From positions 1-64,000 of the forward strand of contig CAWDML010000001.1 in NCBI GenBank assembly GCA_963803435.1: a DNA stretch of 64,000 bases, in the 5' to 3' direction. Made by a program: the position numbers and the translations under genes. This stretch comes from an uncultured delta proteobacterium. GTDB taxonomy: Bacteria; Myxococcota; Kuafuiibacteriia; Kuafuiibacteriales; Kuafuiibacteriaceae. Positions 36,871 to 48,058 of the stretch are shown piece by piece. Each line of letters starts with the position of its first letter. The stretch's first letter is position 1. The notes below the pieces were generated by a model. It saw nothing but the letters and a program-made list of their open reading frames with translations, did no database searches and was not told the origin of the DNA.

Positions 36871-37256
36871 TCCTGGCAGCCGCGCTGCTGGCGTCGTGCG
36901 GTCCCGAGCCCGAGCTGGGCGGGATCCAGATCCGCTTCTCGAGCCGGGCGCTCCTGGAGCGCTCAGCCAACGTCTTCGTCTACTTCTACGGCCCCGAGAT
37001 CCCCTGCTCGCTGGTCCGCCAGACGGTGCCGCGGCCGCCGTCGATCCTCGGCCCGTTCATGGCACCCGTGACACCCGAGGGCCGGGAGCGCGGCATCAGC
37101 TTCACCCGCACCGACATCCCGGTGGGCACCTACGTGGTCTTCGCCGACGCGCAGGACGCCGACGGCGCCAACGTCGGCACCGGTTGCGCCCCCGGGCAGC
37201 AGGTCATCGATCGGGAGGTCTCGCAGATCCAGCTGGTGGTCTCGGAAGGTCCTTGA
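36831..37256 (+). CDS. Lipoprotein
   Basis: MRRSAGPAAHAILILAAALLASC lipobox; beta-rich body with ..G.GC. Confidence 0.65.
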   Translation: MRRSAGPAAHAILILAAALLASCGPEPELGGIQIRFSSRALLERSANVFVYFYGPEIPCSLVRQTVPRPPSILGPFMAPVTPEGRERGISFTRTDIPVGTYVVFADAQDADGANVGTGCAPGQQVIDREVSQIQLVVSEGP

Positions 37257-37328
37257 CTCACCCTTGAGGAGACGACAGTGTCCCGGATTTGGAGGCCCTA
37301 TATCCGGGCTATCCCTCAAGGAAAAGGT

Positions 37329-37529
37329 ATGAAGAAGGACATTCACCCCCGCTACACCGGCGCAACTGTGGTCTGCGCCTGCGGAAATGCCATCGACACC
37401 GCGTCCACCAAGGGCGACTTCCGGATCGACGTCTGCAACGCCTGCCACCCCTTCTACACCGGCAAGCAGCGCCAGGTGGCGGTGGCCGGCCGCGTCGAGA
37501 AGTTCAACAAGAAGTACAAGCGCCGCTAG
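37329..37529 (+). CDS. rpmE: 50S ribosomal protein L31 (Zn-binding type)
   Basis: [37 protein letters not shown]. Confidence 0.97.
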   Translation: MKKDIHPRYTGATVVCACGNAIDTASTKGDFRIDVCNACHPFYTGKQRQVAVAGRVEKFNKKYKRR

Positions 37530-37554
37530 CTCGTCCCAGTACAATCAGCGTCAG

Positions 37555-38610
37555 GTGTCTTCCCCCGAAAAACCGTACGTCGGCGGCCAGGCCGTCATCG
37601 AGGGCGTGATGATGCGCGCCCCTCGATCGATGGCCGTGGCCGTGCGCCGGCCCGACGGTTCGATCGTGGTGCGCGAGGACGCCTGGATCTCCATCTGGGA
37701 GCGCCTCCGCTTCCTCCGGTGGCCACTCCTCCGCGGCGGCGTGGTGCTGGTCGAGTCGCTCTACAACGGGATCCAGGCCCTCAACTTCGCGGCGGCGCAG
37801 CTCGCCGAGGACGGACCCGACGAGGGCGCCGAGAGGCGCCGAAGCCGCGGGTCCACGGGCGGGACGATCGCCCTCTCCTTCCTGATGGCCATCGGCCTGT
37901 TCGTCGGCCTCCCCCACCTCATGGCCTGGGGCGCGGGCGCCGCCGTCGGCCGCAACCTGGACGTCGACACCTTCGCCTTTCACGGGCTCGACGGCTTCTT
38001 CAAGATCCTGATCTTCGTCGGGTACATCGCCGGCATCTCGATGATCCCGGAGATCCGGCGCGTCTTCCAGTACCACGGCGCCGAGCACAAGGTCGTCAAC
38101 GTCTACGAGAACGACCTCGAGCTCACCGTCGACAACGCGCGCCGCTTCACCACGTTCCACGCGCGCTGCGGCACCAGCTTCATCCTCTTCGTGCTGGTGC
38201 TCTCGATCTTCATGTTCGCCGCGGTGCTCCCGTTCGTCCCCAAGGTCTCGGACATCACCGCGGTCAACCACCTGGCGATGATCGCGCTGAAGATCCCGCT
38301 GATGCTTCCGCTCTCGGGGCTCGCGTACGAGATCAACCGCTACGCCGCCCGCCACCCCGGCGCGTTCTGGGTGCAGGGGCTGGTCCTCCCCGGCAAGCTG
38401 ATGCAGAAGCTGACTACGCGCGAACCGTCCGACGATCAGCTCGAGATCGCGCTGGCGGCCATGCGTGCCGCCCTCAAGCGCGAAGCCGAGCTGAAGAGCG
38501 TCGACCTCGCGGCCGCCCGCACCATCGCGCAGGCGCAGCCGCTCGGCGGGCAGGTCCTCGTGTTCAAGGACTACGAGGCCGCCGCCCAGGCGATCTCGGC
38601 CGGTCACTAG
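37555..38610 (+). CDS. DUF1385 domain membrane protein
   Basis: GGQAVIEGVMMR, RRVFQYHGAEHK, HARCGTSF, QKLTTREP. Confidence 0.92.
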   Translation: MSSPEKPYVGGQAVIEGVMMRAPRSMAVAVRRPDGSIVVREDAWISIWERLRFLRWPLLRGGVVLVESLYNGIQALNFAAAQLAEDGPDEGAERRRSRGSTGGTIALSFLMAIGLFVGLPHLMAWGAGAAVGRNLDVDTFAFHGLDGFFKILIFVGYIAGISMIPEIRRVFQYHGAEHKVVNVYENDLELTVDNARRFTTFHARCGTSFILFVLVLSIFMFAAVLPFVPKVSDITAVNHLAMIALKIPLMLPLSGLAYEINRYAARHPGAFWVQGLVLPGKLMQKLTTREPSDDQLEIALAAMRAALKREAELKSVDLAAARTIAQAQPLGGQVLVFKDYEAAAQAISAGH

Positions 38611-38658
38611 CTTCGCTCCGCACGTCTCCCCCCCACTCCCCCGAAAATCGAGGCCGTC

Positions 38659-39746
<1,088 letters not shown>

Positions 39747-39750
<4 letters not shown>

Positions 39751-40637
39751 AGACGTGGAAGATCCTCGAGGTCCTCGACTGGACGAAGGGGCACTTCGAG
39801 AGCAAGGGCCTCGACTCGCCCCGCCTCGACGCCGAGGTCCTGATCGCGTACGCGCTCTCGCTTCCGCGCGTGATGCTGTACGCCAAGTTCGATCAGCCGC
39901 TGGTCGACGACGAGCTGGCGAGGATCCGGGAGCTGGTGGCGCGGCGCGCGCGCGGCGAGCCGGTAGCCTACCTCGTGGGAGAGCGGGAGTTCTGGAGCAA
40001 GACCTTCGCGGTCAGCCCGGAGGTCCTGATCCCGCGGCCCGACTCGGAGACGCTGGTCGAGCTGGGCCGCGCGGCGATGAAGGGCCGCACCGCCCCGATC
40101 GTGGTGGACGTCGGGACCGGCTCGGGCTGTCTGGCCGTGGCGCTGGCCGGCGAGCTCCCAGAGGCACGCGTCTACGCGCTCGAGCTCTCCCCCAGCGCCT
40201 GCGCGATCGCGCGGCAGAACGTGGAGAGGAACGACGTGCGCGTCTCCGTGGTGGAGAGCGATCTGCTCTTGCGGCTCCCCGAGGAGGCGCGGCCGATCGA
40301 TCTGCTCGTGGCCAACCTCCCCTACGTCCCGAGCGATCGGATCGCGTCGCTCATGCCGGACGTGCGCAGCTTCGAGCCGCGCCTGGCCCTCGACGGCGGA
40401 GCGGACGGGCTCGACCTCTATCGGCGCCTCATCCGGGAGGCGGCCACCTCGATGGCCGTGGACGGCACGGTGCTCCTGGAGGCCGATCCGGCGCAGCTGC
40501 CCGAGCTGGCACGGCTGCTGGAACAGGCCGGCTTCTCCGAACCGACGTCCGCGAAGGATCTGGCGGGGCGCGAGCGCGCCATGTGCGCCACCTGGGTCGA
40601 CCGGGCGGCGCTCGATCGTGTAACCGGTGCAGGATGA
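39747..40637 (+). CDS. prmC: Release factor N5-glutamine methyltransferase
   Basis: RLDAEVL, EPVAYL.G.REF, LIPRPDSE, DVGTGSG, NLPY, EPRLALDGG.DGL. Confidence 0.95.
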
Positions 40638-41272
40638 CACTGCCGCTCCGCATCGGGCTCCCCAAGGGACGCGTCTTCGATGCGGCGCGCGCGCTGTTCG
40701 AGCGCGCCGGTGTGGATCTCTCCACGGTCGTCAACGCGGATCGCCGCCTGGTCCATGCCATTCAGATCGAGGGCATCGGCCCCGCCGAGGTGCTGGTCCT
40801 CCGGGCCTCGGACGTGGCGGCCTACGTGGAGGGTGGCGTCTGCGCGCTCGGTGTCGCAGGCTACGACACGATCGTGGAGCAGAGCCCGGATGTCCTGATG
40901 CCCCTCGACCTCGGCTTCGGCGCCTGCCGCATGTGCGTGGCCGGCAAGCTGGACGTGGACCCGTTCGCCCTCGAGACACCGCGCGTCGCCACCAAGTACC
41001 CGCGCATCGCTGCCGATCACTTCCTGGATCGCGGGACGCCGGCGCGGGTCGTGCAGCTCTCGGGCGCGGTCGAGATCGCGCCGCTGGTCGGGCTGGCGGA
41101 CGCCATCGTCGACATCGTGGAGACCGGCGAGACGCTGCGGAAGAATGGGCTCGAGGTGAAGGCCACGCTGTTCGAGATCTCGTCGCGCCTCGTCGTCAAC
41201 CGAGCCGCCCTCAAGCTGCGAATGCGCGCAATGCGAGACCTGATGGACCGACTGGAGGAGTCGCTGTCGTGA
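40634..41272 (+). CDS. hisG: ATP phosphoribosyltransferase (short form)
   Basis: LPKGR, DV..YVE.G, ATKYP, GAVEIAP..GLADAIVDIVETG.TL..NGL; 212 aa. Confidence 0.95.
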   Translation: MTLPLRIGLPKGRVFDAARALFERAGVDLSTVVNADRRLVHAIQIEGIGPAEVLVLRASDVAAYVEGGVCALGVAGYDTIVEQSPDVLMPLDLGFGACRMCVAGKLDVDPFALETPRVATKYPRIAADHFLDRGTPARVVQLSGAVEIAPLVGLADAIVDIVETGETLRKNGLEVKATLFEISSRLVVNRAALKLRMRAMRDLMDRLEESLS

Positions 41273-42593
41273 GGGAGGTGCTGGCCACCACCGCGCCCGA
41301 CTTCGAGGCTCGCTTCGCCGCGATCCTGGCCCGCGGCGACTCGAGCGACGGCGAGCTCGAGGATCGGGTCGCCGCGATCATCGAGGCGGTCCGGACCCGG
41401 GGAGACGCCGCCCTGGTGGAGCTGACGGCGGAGCTGGACGACCGCCCCGGTGTCACGCTCCGCGAGCTGGTGGTGCCGCAGAGCCAGTTGCAAGTTAGCT
41501 TGCAAAACCTCCCGACCGAGGTGAAGGGCGCCCTCTCCCGAGCGGCCGGGCGCATTCGGGCCTTTCACGGCCTCCAGCGGGCGCAGATCGACGACACCAT
41601 CCTCGACGACGGCCGCGGCCTGCGCGCCGAGCTCCGGGTGCAAGCGCTCAGCTCGGTCGGGATCTACGTCCCGGGCGGCACGGCGGCGTACCCGTCGACC
41701 GTGCTGATGAATGGGATCCCGGCCAAGGTCACCGGCGTGCCCGAGGTCGCCATGACCACGCCCGCCAAGGGCGGAAAGCTCGCGCCGGCGGTGCTGGCCG
41801 CCGCCTGTCTGGCCGACGTCGACCGCGTGATCACGGTCGGCGGCGCGCAGGCGATCGCGGCGCTCGCGTTCGGGACCGAGACGGTGCCGCGCGTCGACAA
41901 GATCGTGGGGCCGGGCAACGCGTACGTGGCCGAGGCCAAGCGCCAGGTCTTCGGCCGGGTGGACATCGACCAGATCGCGGGTCCCTCCGAGGTGCTCATC
42001 ATCGCCGACAACAGCGCCGATCCCCGGCTCGTCGCCGCCGATCTGCTGGCACAGGCCGAGCACGACGTCCACGCCGCCGCTCTCGCCGTGGTGTGGTCGG
42101 AGCCGCTGGCGGAGGCGATCGCAGCGGAGCTCGAGGTGCAGCTGGCGGCGCTGCCTCGGAGCGAGATCGCCGCGGGCCGCGATCGAAGCGCGCGGCGGCG
42201 TGATCCGCGCGCGCGATCGGGCGGAGGCGATCGAGCTCGCAAACCGCTACGCACCGGAGCACCTGGGCCTTGCGGTCGACGCGCCCCGCGAGATGCTGGA
42301 GGAGATCCTCCACGCCGGCGCGGTCTTCCTCGGACACTACACACCGGAGGCGCTCGGCGACTACAACGCCGGCGTGAACCACGTGCTCCCGACCGCAGGC
42401 ACCGCCCGCTTCGGCTCGCCGCTGTCGGTCCACGACTTCGTGCGCCGGATGAGCGTGCTCTCAGCGGACCGGAAGGCCGTCTGCCCGGATCGGCCCGGAT
42501 GCGGCCCTGCTGGCACGCGTGGAGGGGCTCGAGGCCCACGCCCGCGCCGTCGAGATGAGGACCAATGATGGGAAAGAAGAAGAAAAACGGTAG
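41269..42593 (+). pseudogene. hisD: Histidinol dehydrogenase with two +1 frameshifts (or assembly errors)
   Basis: GIYVPGG, KIVGPGNAYV, IAGPSE, QAEHD in frame 1; APEHL, GDYNAGVNHVLPT in frame 2 after ~42175; EGLEAHARAV in frame 3 after ~42482. Confidence 0.88.
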
Positions 42594-43248
42594 GACCGCC
42601 CACGAGGACGAACCGAAGCTGCCCGTGCCGATCGCCCGGGTCGAGGCACACCGCGATCCGCGCCGCGGCTCGGTCAGCCGCACGACCAAGGAGACGGACG
42701 TCCGCGTGCTGCTCGACATCGACGGGAACGGCACGCACGAGATCGACACCGGGATCCCGTTCTTCGACCACATGCTGTCGACGTTCTCGCACCACAGCCT
42801 CTTCGATCTGCAGGTCTTCGCGCGGGGTGACGTCGCCGTGGATCCGCACCACACCGTCGAGGACGTCGGCCTCTGTCTGGGGCGCGCCCTGCTGGATGCG
42901 CTCGGCGATCGCTCGGGCATCAACCGCTACGGCGAGTCGACCCGCCCGTTCGACGAGGCCTTGGTGCGGAGCTACGTGGATCTGTCGGGCCGGCCCTCGT
43001 TCGTCTACCGGGTCGAGATCCCGGACGGGCGCATCGGGAGCTTCGACGTCGAGCTGGCCCAGGTGTTCTTCTCGGCGCTCGCCAACGAGGCCAAGATGAA
43101 TCTTCACCTGATCCTCGAGTACGGTCACAACCGCCACCACATCGTCGAGGGCTGCTTCAAGACGCTCGCGTTCGCGCTCCGCCGGGCCACGGAGGTCGAC
43201 GCGCGACGCGCGCTCACGGTGCCGTCGACCAAGGGCAACCTCGATTGA
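42565..43248 (+). CDS. hisB: Imidazoleglycerol-phosphate dehydratase
   Basis: RTTKET, TGIPFFDHML, DPHHTVED, NRHHIVE, PSTKG. Confidence 0.96.
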   Translation: MMGKKKKNGRTAHEDEPKLPVPIARVEAHRDPRRGSVSRTTKETDVRVLLDIDGNGTHEIDTGIPFFDHMLSTFSHHSLFDLQVFARGDVAVDPHHTVEDVGLCLGRALLDALGDRSGINRYGESTRPFDEALVRSYVDLSGRPSFVYRVEIPDGRIGSFDVELAQVFFSALANEAKMNLHLILEYGHNRHHIVEGCFKTLAFALRRATEVDARRALTVPSTKGNLD

Positions 43249-43862
43249 GGTCGATCGCGATCGTCGACTACGGGATGGGCAACATCCGCTCCCTCGCACG
43301 CGCGCTGGAGCGGGCCGGTGCCTCCGTCTCGCGCACCGACACGCCCGAGGGGATCGCGTCCGCGGAGCGGCTGGTGATCCCGGGCCAGGGCGCGTTCGGA
43401 CAGGCGACCGAACGGCTCCGAGCGAAGGAGCTGGCCGAGCCGCTCGTCGACGCGATCGCACGGGGGCAGCCGGTGCTCGGCATCTGCCTCGGGCTCCAGA
43501 TCCTCTACGAGGCGTCGGAGGAGGCGCCCGGCGCTGCCGGGTTGGGCGTGATCCGGGGGACCGTCTCGCTGCTCCCGCTGGCGCCCGGGCTCAAGCGACC
43601 ACACATGGGCTGGGCACCGGTCGAGCACTCTGCCGATCACCCGGTGCTCGCGGCGAATCCCAGCGGCGAGGCGTTCTACTTCGTGCACAGCTTCGCCGCG
43701 CTCGCCGCCGTGGGCCACACCGGCTTCAGCGTGGCGCGGACCGAGCACGGGGTGACGTTCCTTTCGGCGCTGGCGAGAGACAACCTGGCGGCGACGCAGT
43801 TTCACCCGGAGAAGAGCCAGGACGCCGGCGCGCGGCTGCTGGAGGCGTTCCTCCGCCTCTGA
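43245..43862 (+). CDS. hisH: Imidazole glycerol phosphate synthase, glutaminase subunit
   Basis: DYGMGN, PGQGAF, GICLGLQ, PHMGW, YFVHS, QFHPEKS. Confidence 0.96.
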   Translation: MRSIAIVDYGMGNIRSLARALERAGASVSRTDTPEGIASAERLVIPGQGAFGQATERLRAKELAEPLVDAIARGQPVLGICLGLQILYEASEEAPGAAGLGVIRGTVSLLPLAPGLKRPHMGWAPVEHSADHPVLAANPSGEAFYFVHSFAALAAVGHTGFSVARTEHGVTFLSALARDNLAATQFHPEKSQDAGARLLEAFLRL

Positions 43863-43870
43863 GCCGCGCG

Positions 43871-45712
43871 CTATCCCGGCTGGAAGATGAACGGGTAGCG
43901 CACCGACACGACGCCGCCCCGAGGCCGCGGGAACCGGATCGAAGCGAGAGCGCCCACCACACAGCGATCGACCTCGGCGTCCCCCATGCTCTCGTCCGCG
44001 CGGGCGCCGGCGACCCGCCCGTCCGCCTGGATCGTGAAGCCGACCACCAGCTTTCCGGACAGGGTCGGGCGCTTCGCCAGCTGCTTCTCGTAGCAGAGGC
44101 GGACCCGGCGCATCACGCCCTGGATGGCCCGGCGGATCGCCGCCGGCTCGAGCGATCCCATGGCGAGCGACGGTGCGTCCTCCCCGACCGGCGGCTCGGG
44201 CGACCCGAGCGGTTGATTCGGATGACCGGGCATCTCGCCGAGCACCACCATCGGCACCATCCCTCGGGCCGCCAGGATTCCCGCCGCGCGCGCCAGATCT
44301 TGAGCGGTCGCGCCGTCGCTCAGTGAGAGCCGCACCACCACGCCCTCGTGCTCGGACCCTCCCGCCGGGTCGTCGAGGCGCAGCGTGAACGGTTCGATCG
44401 GCGCACCGGGCCGCGAGTCGACGCGTAGGATCCGATCGGACGAGACCTCTGCGTGGAGCAAGCTCGGATCGAGCGCGTGCTCGTCCGGGCTCATCCCTGC
44501 ACCGGTGCGCACCACGAACCCGCCGGGGCGCGAGCCGAGCAAGCGGAGGAACAACGCGTCTTCGCCGAGCGCCTGTAGCGCCGCGTCGGGCACGCGGTCG
44601 TTGGTGCCCGCCAGCGCCACGGCAGACACGCCGGCCTTCTCCGCCGCTGCCAGCACCTGACGGAGCACCGGTGCACTTGCCCGCGCGTCGAAGCCTAGCA
44701 TGAGCGGACGCTCCTCCTTGGCGGCGGCCTTCGCGAGCGCATCGGCGAGACCGGGATCTCCGAGCGTTCGCGCCGGCTCGCCTTCGATGCGGACGTCCTG
44801 ACGGGTCACGACCACGTGCACGCGCCCGTGGCTGGGCGCGCTCTCGACGTCGAGGACGATCGGCGAGAAGTCCCCGACCCCGGACCAGAACGGCCTGGAG
44901 AGGGCCTCGCCCTGGGCGCGGACCCGGCGATCGACGAGCTGATCGAGGATGGGAACGGACACGACCACCACCGCCAACGCCACGCCACCGGCGATCCGCG
45001 CCCCGCCCTCCGAGCCTCCGGCGGCGAGGACGACGTGGAGCAGGACCAGCGCGACCAGGAGCGCACCGGCGCCGACGGTCACCGTGCGGGCGAGCGCGGC
45101 GCGCTCCAGCAGACCGGCCACGAGGAGGGCGCGATCGGCGGGCGACGCCATCATGGCCGAAGAGAGGCCCCGCGAGATCCCGACCACCGCCACCGCCGTT
45201 CCTCCGGCCAACAGCGCCGCGCCGGCCGCCACCGCAGCGGCCGAGTAGAGCTGCGTGCGCCGGACCAGCACCAGCGACAGCGCGACGCCGGCGAGCAAGG
45301 CCGCGCTCGCCCCGCACCCCATGGCCCGGGTCGAGAACGCCTCGCCGGTGCCGACCGCGAACAGCAGGCCGGCCTCGCCCGGATCCACGACCCCGAGCGC
45401 ACGCGACACGGCGCTCATGCCGGCGAACGTACCGCCGAGACCGACGAGCCAGGGAAAGATCGCGGTACCGGCGACGACCGCCAGAGGAACCTTCGCGCCG
45501 CGCGCGATCAGGAACGCGAGCACGCAGGTCGCGATCGTCGCGAGCATCGCCACCGGGACGGCGGCATATCCGAAGTAGCCGCCCGCCCGCATCAGGACCA
45601 CCATCTCGGAGGGGCCGCCGGCCAGGATCACGAAGACCACGAGGCCGATGACGCCCGTGATCGCAGGTGCGATCGCGGACAGGAGGGCAGAGCCGGACCG
45701 ATCGTCATCCAC
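43871..45712 (-). CDS. Multi-TM protein: MotA/TolQ/ExbB-like region, ExbD/TolR-like domain(s) and AgmX/PglI-type TonB C-terminal domain
   Basis: PWLVGLGGTFAGM...DP......G.GEAFST..MG; LMLGFDARA....LRQVLAAAEKAGV; IRRAI......CYE..L...P.L.G.L...F.I..DG.V.....CV......FP.P.GG.V.V.YPF.F. Confidence 0.75.
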   Translation of the reverse strand: MDDDRSGSALLSAIAPAITGVIGLVVFVILAGGPSEMVVLMRAGGYFGYAAVPVAMLATIATCVLAFLIARGAKVPLAVVAGTAIFPWLVGLGGTFAGMSAVSRALGVVDPGEAGLLFAVGTGEAFSTRAMGCGASAALLAGVALSLVLVRRTQLYSAAAVAAGAALLAGGTAVAVVGISRGLSSAMMASPADRALLVAGLLERAALARTVTVGAGALLVALVLLHVVLAAGGSEGGARIAGGVALAVVVVSVPILDQLVDRRVRAQGEALSRPFWSGVGDFSPIVLDVESAPSHGRVHVVVTRQDVRIEGEPARTLGDPGLADALAKAAAKEERPLMLGFDARASAPVLRQVLAAAEKAGVSAVALAGTNDRVPDAALQALGEDALFLRLLGSRPGGFVVRTGAGMSPDEHALDPSLLHAEVSSDRILRVDSRPGAPIEPFTLRLDDPAGGSEHEGVVVRLSLSDGATAQDLARAAGILAARGMVPMVVLGEMPGHPNQPLGSPEPPVGEDAPSLAMGSLEPAAIRRAIQGVMRRVRLCYEKQLAKRPTLSGKLVVGFTIQADGRVAGARADESMGDAEVDRCVVGALASIRFPRPRGGVVSVRYPFIFQPG

Positions 45713-45761
45713 GGACCGCGGATGCTACGCAATGGGGCCCGTGCGGGGAAGGGCGGGCTAG

Positions 45762-46273
45762 GAGCGTGTAGCGCGTAAGCGCTCACGCGACCCCGGTCCG
45801 GGTCCCGGTCCCGGTCCGGGTCCCGATCTGAAGATGGCTGCCTTGAGTCAGACGCTCGCGACGGTCGCGAGCTTCGATCGGTAGAGCTTGAGCAGGTTGT
45901 GGGTGAGGCAGACGAGCGTCCACTCGGCTCGTACCTTGAAGAAGGAGCGGAGCGAGAACCGGCGGAATCCTCGTGCCGCTTTGATCTGTCCGAGCGCCGG
46001 TTCGACGATACTCTTCCTGGAAGGCTCGCTTCTACCGGATGGCACTTCGCTCTGGCACCGAAAGCGCCGCCTCACTCCACACCTGCTTGAGGCGCCGACT
46101 CCCCAACGAGCAGAAGGTCCAAGCCGCCAGAGCCAAGCTCAAGCGCGTTGTCGAGATGCTCACGCGCCTCATCAAGTCGATGAACGCACGCCGGGCTGCA
46201 TGATCGCCATCGGGACCGGGACCGGGACCGGGACCCGGACCGGGCTCGCGGTAGCGCTACGCGCTACACGCTC
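45762..46273 (-). mobile_element. Non-autonomous deletion derivative of the IS1182-like element, copy 3 (512 bp)
   Basis: Same TIRs and arrays; CTAG at 45758-45761 and 46274-46277; four-helix-bundle remnant joined to the last ~57 transposase codons. Confidence 0.93.
46020..46203 (+). pseudogene. Four-helix-bundle protein C-terminal remnant in copy 3
   Basis: KARFYRMALRSGTESAASLHTCLRRRLPNEQKVQAARAKLKRVVEMLTRLIKSMNARRAA-stop. Confidence 0.7.
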
Positions 46274-46660
46274 CTAGAGCCGCGGAAAGGTGTGCACACG
46301 ATCGCGCTCACGCCGGTTCGCACACGCGATGCACAGGCGTGAGGTCGGCTGCGCCTCCAGGCGTCGTGGATCGATGTTCTCACTGCACTCCTCGCACTGC
46401 CCGTACGTCCCTTCCTCGATCCGATCGAGGGCGGACTGCAGCGCGCGCATCTCGAGAGCGCAGTGATCCATCCGCTGCGCCGTGAAGTCGGTGAGCATGT
46501 CGTCGACCGACAGATCACCCTCGTCCTTCACGGCCTCGTCGCGGCTCTTGCTGTCGCTGTCGCTCGAGCGCAGGTAGTCCTCGTGGATCTCGCTCGCCAG
46601 CTGCTGATACCGCTCGCGCATCCGAGCCTTGAGCCGTGCCAAGATATCCTTCGAGGTCAT
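46274..46660 (-). CDS. TraR/DksA C4-type zinc finger protein
   Basis: DEGD, ALDRIEEGTYGQCEECSENIDPRRLEAQP..RLCIAC; TAG stop within the CTAG duplication. Confidence 0.9.
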   Translation of the reverse strand: MTSKDILARLKARMRERYQQLASEIHEDYLRSSDSDSKSRDEAVKDEGDLSVDDMLTDFTAQRMDHCALEMRALQSALDRIEEGTYGQCEECSENIDPRRLEAQPTSRLCIACANRRERDRVHTFPRL

Positions 46661-46697
46661 CAACCGTTCAACACCCGACACCCCCCGCGCATTCGAG

Positions 46698-46990
46698 TCA
46701 GCGCGGATCCAGGCCATGGACCCGGACGGGTTCCAGAGGCAGGCCGGCCGTCGCGCGATTCACCTGACCCCAGCCGTTGGAACCCCAGCAGATCACGCGG
46801 CCTTCGTCGGTGTAGACGCAGGAATGATCGCTCGCGTCGCCCAAGTTGACGCCCGTCGGGCCTCCGACCCCTTTGGGGGACATGGCTGCGTTCGGGCGTC
46901 TCGCCATTGCCGAGCTGGGACGAAAGATTGTCGCCCCAGCACGAAAGCGCGCCGTTCCCCAGCACGGCACGGGTGTGGGACCGATTGTTG
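46698..46990 (-). pseudogene. RCC1/BLIP-II repeat protein remnant (5'-deleted, frameshifted)
   Basis: HTRAVLGNGALSCWGDNLSSQLGNG in one frame, HSCVYTDEGRVICWGSNGWGQ in another, shift near 46870. Confidence 0.7.
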
Positions 46991-47096
46991 ATGCGCCAGC
47001 AGAGGGCTGGATCGCGTTCGGCCTGGTCGGGGTGGGGCGGGGCGCTCGGGACGCTGCCAGCTGGGCCGCCCACTGAGATGCCGATATAAGAACGGC

Positions 47097-48056
47097 ATGC
47101 GACGCATCCGGCTCGGCAAGACCGGGATCGAGGTCCCCGCGATCAGCCTCGGCACCTGGGGACACGGCGGCCCCAACACCGCGGGCAGGATCTCGGTCGG
47201 CTGGTCGGGGCACGACGACGACAAGGCGCTCGACGCGATCGCGAGCGCCTTCGATCACGGGATCGATCACTTCGACACGGCCGACGTGTACGGCAACGGC
47301 CACGCCGAGTCGTTGATCGCGCGCATGTGGGAGCGGATCCCGCGCGATCGCATCTTCCTGGCCTCGAAGGTCGGCTGGGACATGGGGCCGTACGGCCACT
47401 TCTATCACCCGCAGCACATGCGCGCGCAGCTGGTCCGATCGCTCCGCAACTTGAAGACCGACGTCATCGATCTCTACTATCTCCATCACTGCCAGTTCGG
47501 AGAGATGGACGAACACTTCGAGCCGGCGCTCGAGCAGATCCGCCGGTTCCAGGAGGAGGGAAAGATCCGCTTCGTCGGGCTCTCCGACTGGGACCTCACC
47601 AAGATCATGCGGTTCATCGATCGCGTCGACCCCGACGTCGTCCAGCCGTATCGCAACGTCGCCGACGACGCGTGGGTCACCTCCGGGCTGGCCGCCTGGG
47701 TCGCGGCGCACGACGCCGGCGCGGCGTTCTTCTCGCCGATCAAGCACGGCCTGTTGCTCGGCAAGTACGACGCGCCCCGGACGTTCCCCGAGGGCGACTT
47801 CCGCCGCAACGTGAAGGGATTCGAGGACGCCCGCACGATCGCGCGCATGAAGGAGAACCGCGCTGCGCTCGAGGCGCGTTTCGCGGAGCACCCGCAGCCG
47901 GTCCTCCACGGGTTGCTCGGCGCTCTGCTCGAGGACGCCCCCACCGCCTGTGTCCTGCTGGGCATGCGCAACGCCGCCCAGGTCGAGTCGGCGGCCCGCT
48001 GCGGAGAAGCGCTCTCCCACGAAGACGCGGAGTGGGTCCGGAAGCTCTTCGCGTAG
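47097..48056 (+). CDS. Aldo/keto reductase
   Basis: LGKTG, FDTADVYGNGHAE, SKVG, SLRNLKTDVIDLYYLH, GKIRFVGLS. Confidence 0.93.
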   Translation: MRRIRLGKTGIEVPAISLGTWGHGGPNTAGRISVGWSGHDDDKALDAIASAFDHGIDHFDTADVYGNGHAESLIARMWERIPRDRIFLASKVGWDMGPYGHFYHPQHMRAQLVRSLRNLKTDVIDLYYLHHCQFGEMDEHFEPALEQIRRFQEEGKIRFVGLSDWDLTKIMRFIDRVDPDVVQPYRNVADDAWVTSGLAAWVAAHDAGAAFFSPIKHGLLLGKYDAPRTFPEGDFRRNVKGFEDARTIARMKENRAALEARFAEHPQPVLHGLLGALLEDAPTACVLLGMRNAAQVESAARCGEALSHEDAEWVRKLFA

Positions 48057-48058
48057 CC

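Noticed and set aside
42170-42490. Programmed frameshifting in hisD
   Set aside because: No slippery heptamer or stimulatory structure, and two independent shifts would be required
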